Virus record (IMG/VR): IMGVR_UViG_3300009509_000539
Location: 1 to 54,366 of that record
Length of the DNA: 54,366 nt
Strand: one strand, 5' to 3'
Source of the DNA: a virus
Lineage: Duplodnaviria > Caudoviricetes
Positions within the stretch are counted from its first letter, which is position 1; every line of letters starts with the position of its first letter. Shown one piece after another: positions 9,570-18,681 of this stretch. Both the position numbers and the translations under genes were made by a program. Below the pieces are notes generated by a model, which saw only the letters and a program-made list of their open reading frames with translations, was not told the origin of the DNA and did not search any database.

Positions 9570-9906
9570 ATTACAAGGAGGTTTAGTTCCTGATCCTGAT
9601 AAAGAGATTAGTATAGATTCGTTTGTTGAACAATATAAAGAGCGTGCAAAGGAAGCATGTCAAGAGAAAGGATGGTCAGAAGATGTCTGGAGGACATTAG
9701 CTGAGATTTGGGCACAGACTGATATGGATATTTTTCGTGATGTAGCTTATAGTATCAACGGATCGGTGAGGGATGCTATCATTAAACTGGCAAAAAAATC
9801 CAATATCAAAACGGTGCGTCCAGTTGAAAAAGCACAGACATATGATCTTGAGGTGGCCCACCCAGATCATCAGTATTATCTGTCTAATGGGATGTTAACC
9901 AGTAAT
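9550..9906 (+). mobile_element. split intein C-fragment (IntC) with about 80-aa N-terminal extension
   Basis: Blocks F/G: IKTVRPVEKAQTYDLEVAHPDHQYYLSNGMLTSN, with Ser as the +1 nucleophile at 9907. Confidence 0.85.
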
Positions 9907-11259
9907 AGTCACGCCACCTTGTATAGCATGATTTCATTCCATACGGCGTACCTCAAAGCGAATTACCCCATTGAATTCCTGGTAGCGAACCTGATGTCCG
10001 AGGTTCGGTCCAATGCTAAGGCTGCTAGGGACAACATAACCAAGATTAAGAACGAGATTAGAGCCAGACGTGTGAAGATTGTGCCCCCAGATGTCAATAA
10101 ATCAGGGCTTTCATGGAAGATTGTGGACGATAGAACGCTCATGACTGGCCTAGATTCCCTGAAATTCATGGGTAAGGATGCTATTCCTGAGCTAATTGAG
10201 AAGCGTCCATTCAGTGATTATCAAGATCTAATCTATAGAACCCATTCTCAGAAAGTTCGGTCCCCTAGTATTCAGGCAATGGCTGCATCTGGCAGTCTAG
10301 ATTCGTTTGGAATGGACCGGAAGATCATGTATCACTACGCATCTGACTATCGCGCAAAGCTGCGTAGTCATATGGCCCGCTTGGACAGGGCTTGGGCTAA
10401 GAAATGGGCTGAAGAAAACGATTATGTCAAGGATTCTGATGAGCTTGGTGACTTCTGGAGAGACAAATTCGGCACTCGTTACGAGCCGCCTCCCCCTCCA
10501 GATGATCGGAAGACTGCCCATTTAGCTGAGTTTCACTATCCTTTCCCGGATGAGACACCGTGGACGGTACAAGAACGATTCGCTCTAGAGGAATATTACA
10601 TGGGCGAAGGTATCTCGGGGGATACTTTTGAGCGATACCCAGACTTCTTTGATAGGAAGAAGTCTGTTCCATTCGCTGCACTACCAGAAGCATTCCCTTG
10701 GAGCCTTCAACATGAGGATGAGCGCACCAATCGCAAAGCAAATACACATTACCTTGCTAATCATAAGATGAGACCAATGGAGGCTGTCATCGTTGGTATG
10801 TTTGTCTTCGTGGTAAAAAACGAGGAGTCGCCTATTTTCGGAAAAGAGATGGCCAGATTTACCATTCAAGATCCTTGGGGTGATGAATCTACATTGCTCG
10901 CTTTCCCAGAGGGCTGGGAGGAGATGAAGAATCGAATTGGGAAAGAGTTATCGAATGGTCAGAAGATTGAGCCGGGACTAGCAATCAGATTTATTGGGCA
11001 GTTTCAATGGGAAACCGAGCACACAACATCTTTTGTGCTGGGTGATATATTGGATTTTAAAGCGCCTCCGAGTCTTCCCGAGGACTATCGATGTTCTAAG
11101 ATGGTAAAGATGCCGAGAACTAAGAAAGTTAAAGCAGAAGAGATAAGTTCATCTACAATGAGCGATGTCTTGGAACAATTAGAAGATGAAATGCTGGATA
11201 ACGGGTTATCTTCTGTAGATGATGAAGATGATGAGGTTGATAGTTACGATTTTAGTTGA
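9550..11259 (+). CDS. dnaE: split-intein C-half fused to DNA polymerase III alpha, C-terminal part
   Basis: GGAGAGG RBS; TYDLEV..DHQYYLSNGMLTSN|SHATLYSMISFHTAYLKANYPIEF restores DnaE FN(K/R)SH; PPDVNKS, HhH and OB-fold regions follow. Confidence 0.92.
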   Translation: MFQEIGELQGGLVPDPDKEISIDSFVEQYKERAKEACQEKGWSEDVWRTLAEIWAQTDMDIFRDVAYSINGSVRDAIIKLAKKSNIKTVRPVEKAQTYDLEVAHPDHQYYLSNGMLTSNSHATLYSMISFHTAYLKANYPIEFLVANLMSEVRSNAKAARDNITKIKNEIRARRVKIVPPDVNKSGLSWKIVDDRTLMTGLDSLKFMGKDAIPELIEKRPFSDYQDLIYRTHSQKVRSPSIQAMAASGSLDSFGMDRKIMYHYASDYRAKLRSHMARLDRAWAKKWAEENDYVKDSDELGDFWRDKFGTRYEPPPPPDDRKTAHLAEFHYPFPDETPWTVQERFALEEYYMGEGISGDTFERYPDFFDRKKSVPFAALPEAFPWSLQHEDERTNRKANTHYLANHKMRPMEAVIVGMFVFVVKNEESPIFGKEMARFTIQDPWGDESTLLAFPEGWEEMKNRIGKELSNGQKIEPGLAIRFIGQFQWETEHTTSFVLGDILDFKAPPSLPEDYRCSKMVKMPRTKKVKAEEISSSTMSDVLEQLEDEMLDNGLSSVDDEDDEVDSYDFS

Positions 11260-12020
11260 GGATTTTTATGAGATGCATGTCTTGTGGTGCAGACATCCCG
11301 CCTGAGTGGGTGAATGCCATACAGCGCAACGAATGTCCCGGATGTGGTGGCGAAATCATGTCTGGTCCGACTCAAGAGCTATTGAAAGATCTTACTGAAG
11401 CTTTGGAGAGAATGCCCAATGATCCGCAGGGTGTGGCTGGTTGGCTTCTATCTAATTATCGGTTTCAAAAAATGGGTTCTGGAGAACCTGTTGAGAAATT
11501 CCATCGCAAGGGTGGTAATTCTCCACGAGATGTTGATGGAAACAATCTCAAAGTTGATCCTACGTATAATGAATTTATCAGACGGAATGAAGCTAGTGGA
11601 TTGGTTGCCCGTGGAGAGGAGCTAGCCAAACTAAAGCATTCTCAGGACGGAAAGCTGGCAGAGTTTGCTTCTATGATTCAGAGCGTGGGCGATCCGTATG
11701 GTGATGATACTGTTTCTAATCAATCTCAAGAAGAAGAAAATGCCAACGCAGATGATCAGAAAGCGTATTTGGAATTGCAGGCGGCGGGATATGATCCATT
11801 TGCCCAAAATAAGACTGGAGGAATTGTTGATTTGTCACAAGCTATCAATCCCCAGGATGTGGTCAATCTCATGACAAAAGGGCAGGAAGCTCCCTTAAAA
11901 GAAGAAGTGATGTTGGCTCAGACTCAAGAAGGTCGCAATTATCTACAGAGAGATCGTTTCAAGAGAATGAAGGCACAGGATGCAATCTCTGGAGGTGGTG
12001 GAGGAGCATTTAGGAGATAA
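11256..12020 (+). CDS. hypothetical protein with N-terminal zinc ribbon
   Basis: CMSCG...CPGCGG; likely start at ATG 11268. Confidence 0.7.
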   Translation: MRIFMRCMSCGADIPPEWVNAIQRNECPGCGGEIMSGPTQELLKDLTEALERMPNDPQGVAGWLLSNYRFQKMGSGEPVEKFHRKGGNSPRDVDGNNLKVDPTYNEFIRRNEASGLVARGEELAKLKHSQDGKLAEFASMIQSVGDPYGDDTVSNQSQEEENANADDQKAYLELQAAGYDPFAQNKTGGIVDLSQAINPQDVVNLMTKGQEAPLKEEVMLAQTQEGRNYLQRDRFKRMKAQDAISGGGGGAFRR

Positions 12021-12021
12021 T

Positions 12022-12267
12022 ATGGTTGTGACAAGATTTAGTCATAGAGGTGAGGACCAAGAGACTCTTGAATGGTTGGAGAAACTTGCCAATCAGAATA
12101 ACGTAACAGATGCAGATGTCGAAGAAGCTCTTGCCGAATATGACAAGCAAGAAGAAGAGAAACGCTCTCTTAATGATTCATACGAGATGAGGCGCGAGCG
12201 ATACAAGCGTGAGAAAGCCAAGGAAGGTCTTGAGTCCGGCACTGGTGGATTCAGGAGGGCCAAATGA
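12022..12267 (+). CDS. hypothetical protein
   Basis: AGGAG RBS before ATG 12022; C-terminus resembles that of the upstream ORF. Confidence 0.65.
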   Translation: MVVTRFSHRGEDQETLEWLEKLANQNNVTDADVEEALAEYDKQEEEKRSLNDSYEMRRERYKREKAKEGLESGTGGFRRAK

Positions 12268-12953
12268 ATCAGGAAGAACTACAAGAGAGGGTTAACAATG
12301 CGGCTGATGCAATTATCGAAGCATTAACTGATGTTGGTATTCCGCAAGTAAAAGCTAGGAAGTTTGCCGAGAAGTTTACTTTACACTTCATCGAGAAAGC
12401 TGCTTGGACCATACCGAGCATGAAAGAGCTTAGGGATCTAGAGAAAGAGTACATCGGCACAGGAATGGATATCTGGAGTGTGGTTGCTAACGTCTGCAAA
12501 CCTTTATGTCTTAGTTATGCAGAACGAGTTCGTTATTTTCTCAATGAATTTCCAGATAATTTATCAGAAGACGATGCTGCTAAGTTCAAGGAAGATCTCG
12601 AAGCTTTGGAAGAGTTTGAGACGATGTGCAGTGATGGATGTCCAGTTACTGATGAGCATCGTGAGTTGTTGAATGTATTAGCTCAGGGTATTGAGCCCCC
12701 TGCTTTTCCTGGAGTGCGTGGAGTTACACCAGAGGAAGTTGAGCAGTTCAAGGTTCTAGGTAAGAAGTTTGGTCTCTCGGATGAAGAAATTAAACTTCGC
12801 ATTCAGGTTACTGATTATTCTACATATAAGTCTAGGATTGATAGAATACTAGAGGTACAGAAGATTGTCGATGCTCGTAAAGAGAAGAATCTCAAAGCGC
12901 TTGATCGTAAGCAGCATCATGGGATGAACATGAACCGATTCTACAGGGAGTAA
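12264..12953 (+). CDS. hypothetical protein
   Basis: 229-aa ORF, ATGA-coupled. Confidence 0.65.
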   Translation: MNQEELQERVNNAADAIIEALTDVGIPQVKARKFAEKFTLHFIEKAAWTIPSMKELRDLEKEYIGTGMDIWSVVANVCKPLCLSYAERVRYFLNEFPDNLSEDDAAKFKEDLEALEEFETMCSDGCPVTDEHRELLNVLAQGIEPPAFPGVRGVTPEEVEQFKVLGKKFGLSDEEIKLRIQVTDYSTYKSRIDRILEVQKIVDARKEKNLKALDRKQHHGMNMNRFYRE

Positions 12954-12954
12954 G

Positions 12955-13428
12955 ATGGCCAGAGGAAAGCCCATACCTAATATCCGTATCATTGATAACA
13001 AGAAAGTCTGGGTAACTCCAGATGAGTTTCGATACTACGAAGAGATTTGTAAGGGATATGACCGTCCAAACTTCAATGGAAAGGATTTGTTTCAGGATCA
13101 TTTTGAGGTGAATGACGACGGGGTTATCATCTTTGTCAAGCCGCCGCATAAGAAGTATTCATCTATGGAGGTTTACACTTTCCTGATAAGCCTACAGGTG
13201 AACCAGATACTACGTATAATTCAAGAAGAGATAGCCTCCTTGATAAGGGAAGCTGAGGAAAAGTTCAAGGAGAAGGCTGCTGAGATGAATACCGCAATGG
13301 AACGAATGAATTCATTGATAGAAGAAGTCGAGCGTCTGAAGGAGAATGGGTTTAAAACCAACTCCAACAAGGGACGTAAGACCGATGACGGAAGAGTTAA
13401 CGCAGGAACAGAAGGATCAAGTAGCTGA
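12955..13428 (+). CDS. hypothetical protein with C-terminal coiled coil
   Basis: GGGAG RBS; 157 aa. Confidence 0.7.
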   Translation: MARGKPIPNIRIIDNKKVWVTPDEFRYYEEICKGYDRPNFNGKDLFQDHFEVNDDGVIIFVKPPHKKYSSMEVYTFLISLQVNQILRIIQEEIASLIREAEEKFKEKAAEMNTAMERMNSLIEEVERLKENGFKTNSNKGRKTDDGRVNAGTEGSSS

Positions 13429-13837
13429 CCTTCTGGGTAATTACGAGCAGAAATATCATAAGATACTTCTAGAGTTAGATTCATTGTCTCAGGGCACATT
13501 CGATGAGGATGAGTCTTCGAGCCGAGCGGCTATGTGCTTGATAACACAGTCAGCTTTATTATCTGATTTGGCCGCTGCTGATTTACGATCAAGGTCGTTA
13601 AAGCGTGATATAGATTTCGCAAAGGCGAAAGCCTACGCAGAACTTAAGAATAATCCTCCCGATGGGAAGAAGATTACCGAGAGTGCGTTGGCCCAGCTCA
13701 TAGTCACAGATGATGAAGTACAGCGCGTATCCAAAGAGCAAATTGAAGCTGAAAGAGATTACAAATATCTAGCTAACATTCATGCTCTTCTTAAAGAAGC
13801 GCATCTTACTTTTAGGTCTGTTAAAAAAGGAGTATAA
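13385..13837 (+). CDS. putative recombination mediator (UvsY-like)
   Basis: Helical protein with KAYAELK..GKKITESALAQLI..D.EV pattern, immediately upstream of the recA-like gene. Confidence 0.5.
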   Translation: MTEELTQEQKDQVADLLGNYEQKYHKILLELDSLSQGTFDEDESSSRAAMCLITQSALLSDLAAADLRSRSLKRDIDFAKAKAYAELKNNPPDGKKITESALAQLIVTDDEVQRVSKEQIEAERDYKYLANIHALLKEAHLTFRSVKKGV

Positions 13838-14796
13838 TGGCTGCTAAGAAAACACAACAGAAGATCAATGTTGCAGAATTAGTAGAGAAAGCTCGTGGCC
13901 GATTCGAAAAGAAGAAGTCTATTATCGGCGCGAGAATGAGGACAGGAAATCAAATCATCCTGTCACAAGATCCAGACGACTACATACATTCCGATCAGAT
14001 TAATAAGTGGTGGACGCCTCTCACGGGCATCATGGGCTATGCCTTTGGTCGTATCTTCCAGATTGCTGGTAAGCCGGATAGTGGCAAGAGCACTGCGGCT
14101 ATGGAAGCAATGAAGGCTGCACAAGATCAGGGTGTACTTGTCGTTTTATGGGATGCCGAAGGTAAGTTTGATTCGGTTCGTTTCCGAGATAAGATAGGCG
14201 GGGATCCTTCACAGATTCCCGTAGCTCCTAGTCGTAACATTCTAGAGGGTGTACAGCAAAGCGTGGCTTACATCAAAGCGGCCAAGGAGATAAATCCCGA
14301 ACAGAAGATATTCTTGGTTTGGGATTCTGTTGGCGCATCACTTAACTCAGCTGAAGATGAAGAGAACGATGATTATAGCAAGCAACCCGGCGTTACAGCC
14401 AAGGAAGTAAGCTGGGCTATTCGACGTTTCAATCAGCTGATGGAGAAATACCGAGATAAGAATGGTAACTATTCCATCGCAATTCTCTGTATTAATCAGG
14501 TGTATGCCAACATCGGTTCGGTGGGATACAAGCAGAAGGGAGGTGCGGAACTCGAATACCTCAGCTCCCTTATTCTAGAAATGTCGAGGAAGGCGACGCT
14601 GACCCGTACAAGGAATAAGCAGAAAGTCAAGTACGGAATTCAGACCATAGCAAGGGTCAAGAAGAACCACCTCTTCGGAGGCGAGGATTGTGTCGCTGAA
14701 TTAGAGCTTGTTGTATCCGCATCGGGTATCGAACTTGCCAATGAAATCAAGAAAAAGTCCCCAGATATCGAGGGGTTAGATGAGGATGACGAATAA
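13837..14796 (+). CDS. recA: RecA/UvsX-like recombinase
   Basis: Walker A GKPDSGKST, WDAEGKFD, Walker B LVWDSVG, CINQVY, GGAELEY, VKKNH. Confidence 0.88.
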   Translation: MAAKKTQQKINVAELVEKARGRFEKKKSIIGARMRTGNQIILSQDPDDYIHSDQINKWWTPLTGIMGYAFGRIFQIAGKPDSGKSTAAMEAMKAAQDQGVLVVLWDAEGKFDSVRFRDKIGGDPSQIPVAPSRNILEGVQQSVAYIKAAKEINPEQKIFLVWDSVGASLNSAEDEENDDYSKQPGVTAKEVSWAIRRFNQLMEKYRDKNGNYSIAILCINQVYANIGSVGYKQKGGAELEYLSSLILEMSRKATLTRTRNKQKVKYGIQTIARVKKNHLFGGEDCVAELELVVSASGIELANEIKKKSPDIEGLDEDDE

Positions 14797-15113
14797 TGTC
14801 AGGGATACCCAGAGTAGTAGATAGATCAACCACTAAACCGATATATCTTGTAGTGGTGGAAGATCCCACTGAGAAGGACGGCATAGCCTTCTACAAGTCT
14901 CAAGATTTGGATGAAGGAAGTGTAACATCTCTCGAATTAAGGGGTTTCCAACTCAATAGAACACAAGCGGGTCAATTAGTAAAAGATCCACGTGCTTCAA
15001 CAACAAGTGCTAAGACGGAAACCAAAGCGGTAAACCGTAAAATTCCGTGGCACAGAATAATTCGCATAGAAAACACAACCTACAAAAAACCGCAAGGAGA
15101 AAATCATGAGTAA
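14796..15113 (+). CDS. hypothetical protein
   Basis: 105 aa, TAATG-coupled to recA. Confidence 0.6.
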   Translation: MSGIPRVVDRSTTKPIYLVVVEDPTEKDGIAFYKSQDLDEGSVTSLELRGFQLNRTQAGQLVKDPRASTTSAKTETKAVNRKIPWHRIIRIENTTYKKPQGENHE

Positions 15114-15876
15114 CGAAACTAAACCATCCGTTGGTATTAGACCATGGGGAACCACCCCTAAGAAGACACGCCAGTTTGATGATGACCTTCCTCGGCTTAA
15201 TTACATGAAGCTCCAGCCAGGTATCAACAATGTGCGTATCGTGACAGGAATCGGAACTTACTATCAGGTTCGATGGAAGGGTCCGAAAAGCAAGCGGCCT
15301 TATGGGGATCGCATCCGCACCTCATGGCCGACATATGAGGATTGCCCAGTCAAGAAGTATCTTGGTCTAGAAGGTAAGGAACGCTACATGGTCGTCTGCA
15401 TCGACCGTGCAGATAAGAAAGACCCCCTGAAGCTTTTGGATGTGAGTCCGCTCACAGCTGAGCAGATCGAGACCAACCTTGAGGTCAAGAACTCGATGCG
15501 TCCCGAAGGACAGAAGGTCACTCCTCGTGACTTCGATATCAGCATCAAGTTCGATCCGAAGGCAAAGAAGGCCACTGGCTTCTATAGCGTTGTCGCTCAT
15601 GACACCATGCCTATGAGCGAAGAGGATCTAGCTCTCGTCGAAGATATCGGTGGAGAGGAAGTGCTAGATAAGATCCTTCACAGGCAGTTGCTCTGCCCGA
15701 AGCCAGAAACCGTTATCAAGCGCCTCAAGGAGGACTTGGGCTGGGATGGCAAATCAATTGTCAAAACGGAAGAGAAAGGTGAGGCCGAATTGGAGGAGCC
15801 TGATGAGGATGATTACGCTTTCAAGGCTCCGGCAGATTCTGAGGATAGCTCGGAAGAAGCCGCAGCTAACGGCTAA
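15106..15876 (+). CDS. putative single-stranded DNA-binding protein (gp32-like)
   Basis: YMKLQPGINNVRIV, DCP, VCIDR, DFDISI motifs and a highly acidic C-tail; AGGAG RBS; next to recA. Confidence 0.65.
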   Translation: MSNETKPSVGIRPWGTTPKKTRQFDDDLPRLNYMKLQPGINNVRIVTGIGTYYQVRWKGPKSKRPYGDRIRTSWPTYEDCPVKKYLGLEGKERYMVVCIDRADKKDPLKLLDVSPLTAEQIETNLEVKNSMRPEGQKVTPRDFDISIKFDPKAKKATGFYSVVAHDTMPMSEEDLALVEDIGGEEVLDKILHRQLLCPKPETVIKRLKEDLGWDGKSIVKTEEKGEAELEEPDEDDYAFKAPADSEDSSEEAAANG

Positions 15877-15920
15877 TCATCACGCTGAAGAACTTCACTT
15901 AGACGTTCTTAGCTTTGAAG

Positions 15921-15957
15921 AGGACAGCTTCCATTAAGGAGCTGTCCTTTTCTTTTT
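15921..15957 (+). terminator. rho-independent terminator
   Basis: AGGACAGC(T)TCC-attaa-GGAGCTGTCCT followed by TTTCTTTTT. Confidence 0.85.
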
Positions 15958-15972
15958 GTTATAGTACCATGC

Positions 15973-16509
15973 ATGGTACTTAAGCAATTGAAATATAAAG
16001 ACTTGCCGGCACTCAAAAAACAATGGCATGAAGATCAAAATTATGAATGTCCACTCTTTGGTAAGAAGTATTCATTAGAAGATGTCGTGGTAGATCATAG
16101 ACACAAGCTGAAGTCTGAGCTTCCCGATGAGTCAGGTAAAGGTATATGTCGCGGCGTTATTCATTTTCAAGGAAATGCGATTGAAGGAAAGATCACTAAT
16201 GCTTTTAAAAGATATGGTGGTGATAAGCACATTACTCTTATTGATTTTCTCAGGAACTTGGCAGATTATCTAGAGAAGAATAGAAGTGATGATGAGGTGA
16301 AATATATACATCCATCGGAGGAACCAAAACAACCCAAGTTGATGAAATCATCATATAACAAGTTGGTGAGAGCTGTGGCGGGCAAGCAGAAAGTTCCCAG
16401 GTACACTGGGAAGTACACCAAACCGCTTCGGAAATTGTACGAGAAGTATGGCATCGAGCCGGTTTTTCAGTCGAGAGTCTCAGGTGAGAGTCATTCTAGG
16501 AAGAGATGA
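15973..16509 (+). CDS. endonuclease VII family (T4 gp49-like Holliday junction resolvase)
   Basis: Q..ECPL, VVDHRH, CRGVIH..GNAIEGKI, FLRNLADYLE, IHP motifs. Confidence 0.8.
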   Translation: MVLKQLKYKDLPALKKQWHEDQNYECPLFGKKYSLEDVVVDHRHKLKSELPDESGKGICRGVIHFQGNAIEGKITNAFKRYGGDKHITLIDFLRNLADYLEKNRSDDEVKYIHPSEEPKQPKLMKSSYNKLVRAVAGKQKVPRYTGKYTKPLRKLYEKYGIEPVFQSRVSGESHSRKR

Positions 16510-17516
16510 ATACTCAGCAAGCATGTGATCTACTTGGTATCTCCGTTGGTACCCCAATGGATGAAGTCAAGAAAGCTTTCAAAAAGAAAGCTGCACAATA
16601 TCATCCTGATAGAAACCAGGATGAGGGCGCTGAGGATAAATTCAAAGCGGTTAACGAAGCGTATCAATTGCTGGAGAAGCATGGCACGACTCCAGCTGCC
16701 GCGAACGACGTATCATCTCAGTTTTACAATCACAGCGATGATTTATTTGAAGAGCTGCGCCGACGTATGGATGAAACATTCAATCCGTTCGGAATACCTA
16801 CACACATACGGGGAGAGCCAATCATCGTCAGTGTCGAGATACCTTTTGAAATAGCAGTAACCGGTGGTAGGAAAGAAGTCACTTACGAACGTAGTGTGAA
16901 GTGTACATGTGATAGTGGTAATATTCCTATCAGTGAAAGTAAACAGATGTGTCCAAAGTGTGGGGGACACGGTTATCGCAAGTACGGAAACGGTGAGAAG
17001 AATCTTCCATGTAATATTTGTAAGGGTACTGGATATTTGTCATCTAAAACTAAATGTTCCAAGTGTGGTGGCTCTGGTATTACCCAGAGTGTTGACACTA
17101 TGAAAGTAGCTATTCCTCCGGGAGCAGAGAGTGGTACGCGGTTAATTTTGAAGGAAAAGGGTAATTATCGGAAGAATGCTTATGATAATGTTATCGTTGT
17201 AGTACGTGTGTTACCCGATCATGACATGCAGCTCAGTGGTAAGGATGTTATATCCGTAGTTGAGCTTAGTTTGCTAGAGGCTCTGACGGGGACGAAAAAA
17301 AAACTTCGTACCGTTAAGGGAGAAAAAACGTTAGCATTCAAACCAAAAACACGACACAGAGATACAATTAAGGTTTCAGGTTATGGTGTTCCACCCAACG
17401 GATCACATACATTTATAGTCAACGTCTCTTATCCTGAGGATGTAACTAGGATAATTGAGGTGTTAGAGAATCAAGATGAACCTGAACCAGAGGAAATTTC
17501 TGGAATACAGAGTTAG
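16506..17516 (+). CDS. dnaJ: DnaJ-like co-chaperone
   Basis: J-domain with HPD, CxxCxGxG repeats (three intact), C-terminal IPPGAESG and LSLLEALTG motifs. Confidence 0.92.
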   Translation: MNTQQACDLLGISVGTPMDEVKKAFKKKAAQYHPDRNQDEGAEDKFKAVNEAYQLLEKHGTTPAAANDVSSQFYNHSDDLFEELRRRMDETFNPFGIPTHIRGEPIIVSVEIPFEIAVTGGRKEVTYERSVKCTCDSGNIPISESKQMCPKCGGHGYRKYGNGEKNLPCNICKGTGYLSSKTKCSKCGGSGITQSVDTMKVAIPPGAESGTRLILKEKGNYRKNAYDNVIVVVRVLPDHDMQLSGKDVISVVELSLLEALTGTKKKLRTVKGEKTLAFKPKTRHRDTIKVSGYGVPPNGSHTFIVNVSYPEDVTRIIEVLENQDEPEPEEISGIQS

Positions 17517-17524
17517 GAGAGAAA

Positions 17525-17881
17525 GTGGATTTTAGATCATTTTGTGATAACAAGGGTTGCAATAAAGAGATGCGACCTGTTGTCGATAAGGATAGTTTAG
17601 TTGCTTATTGCACCGAGTGTGGGAAACCTGTTAACAACATATCTATCTTCATGCGGAGACAGATGGTTTCCCATGGTCAGGTTCGTCGAAATGAAAAGAA
17701 GAAGTTGGCATGGTCTGTTCGCTGCCAACATTGTGATAAGGAGGGTCCACCTGAGCTAGACAAAAAAGGCGAGAAGCTCGTCTGCTCGTTCTGTGGTAAA
17801 GAGTTGGATCATCTTACCAAACCTTTTGCTCAGATGATCAAAGTGAACTTGCAAGCTCAGAGGAGAGCAAATGGAGAATGA
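17525..17881 (+). CDS. double zinc-ribbon protein
   Basis: CDNKGC..CTECG and CQHC..CSFCG; GTG start with AGGAG RBS. Confidence 0.7.
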   Translation: MDFRSFCDNKGCNKEMRPVVDKDSLVAYCTECGKPVNNISIFMRRQMVSHGQVRRNEKKKLAWSVRCQHCDKEGPPELDKKGEKLVCSFCGKELDHLTKPFAQMIKVNLQAQRRANGE

Positions 17882-18681
17882 AGGCTCTAACAGAACATAA
17901 ACAGAAGCAAAAATCTTTGCGGAACGTGGTCCGGGCTTGTCAGCACTTGCTACTCACTTCTGAACAAGCCCGTCCAGCCCGGCGTTATTTGGATTCCCGC
18001 CTGGCAAAAACTGACCAGATTAGTTGGAAGTTTGGGTTTTTTCCTACTGATGACCACCTCTTGGAACTCACTAATCTGGTGAGTAAAGCTGACTTGAAGG
18101 CTTTGAATTTGCACTATCTCAAGTATTTGGGCGGTGGAATGGTACCTCATGGTCACTTTTCAGAACACAATCTGCTTTTGCCATTCCATAATGTATATGG
18201 GGATATTGTGGCCCTATTAGGTAGGTGTCTGCTTACTGAGAAGAAGCGGGAAGACGCTTCACTGCAAAAATATAAGTACAGTAAGGGTTGTCAAAAAGAT
18301 CTGTTTGTCTATGGCTTGGACAAAGCCCGGGAGGCTATTATAGCTAGGAATTGCGTCATTGGTGTAGAGGGACAGTTTGATTGTATTGCCTTACACGCCA
18401 AAGGAATCAAAAACGCTGTAGCTTTTGGTAGTGCCAATTTATCCAAGTACCAAATGTTCCAGATTCATAGATACACCAATAACATCATTCTGATGTTCGA
18501 TAGTGATGATGCGGGGCAGAAAGCCAAGAAAAGAATCAAAGACCGCTATAAGGGTGTGGCCAATATCAAGACAATGGGTATTCCTGAAGGTTTTAAGGAC
18601 ATAGACGAATTTTTCCGAGGCTCCAAAGACACCGACTACATTCAGTATGTTATAGATACTATAAAAGGTTTTGGAGAATGA
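17878..18681 (+). CDS. dnaG: DNA primase catalytic core (DnaG-type TOPRIM), lacking the N-terminal zinc-binding domain
   Basis: ARRYLDSR, LLPF, GR, KYKYS, VYGLDKA, VEGQFD, FDSDDAGQKA, KDIDE. Confidence 0.85.
   Translation: MKALTEHKQKQKSLRNVVRACQHLLLTSEQARPARRYLDSRLAKTDQISWKFGFFPTDDHLLELTNLVSKADLKALNLHYLKYLGGGMVPHGHFSEHNLLLPFHNVYGDIVALLGRCLLTEKKREDASLQKYKYSKGCQKDLFVYGLDKAREAIIARNCVIGVEGQFDCIALHAKGIKNAVAFGSANLSKYQMFQIHRYTNNIILMFDSDDAGQKAKKRIKDRYKGVANIKTMGIPEGFKDIDEFFRGSKDTDYIQYVIDTIKGFGE

Noticed and set aside
17295-17303. A9 run in dnaJ as a frameshift site
   Set aside because: It encodes KKK within an intact C-terminal domain; no strong downstream stem or useful alternative frame noticed.
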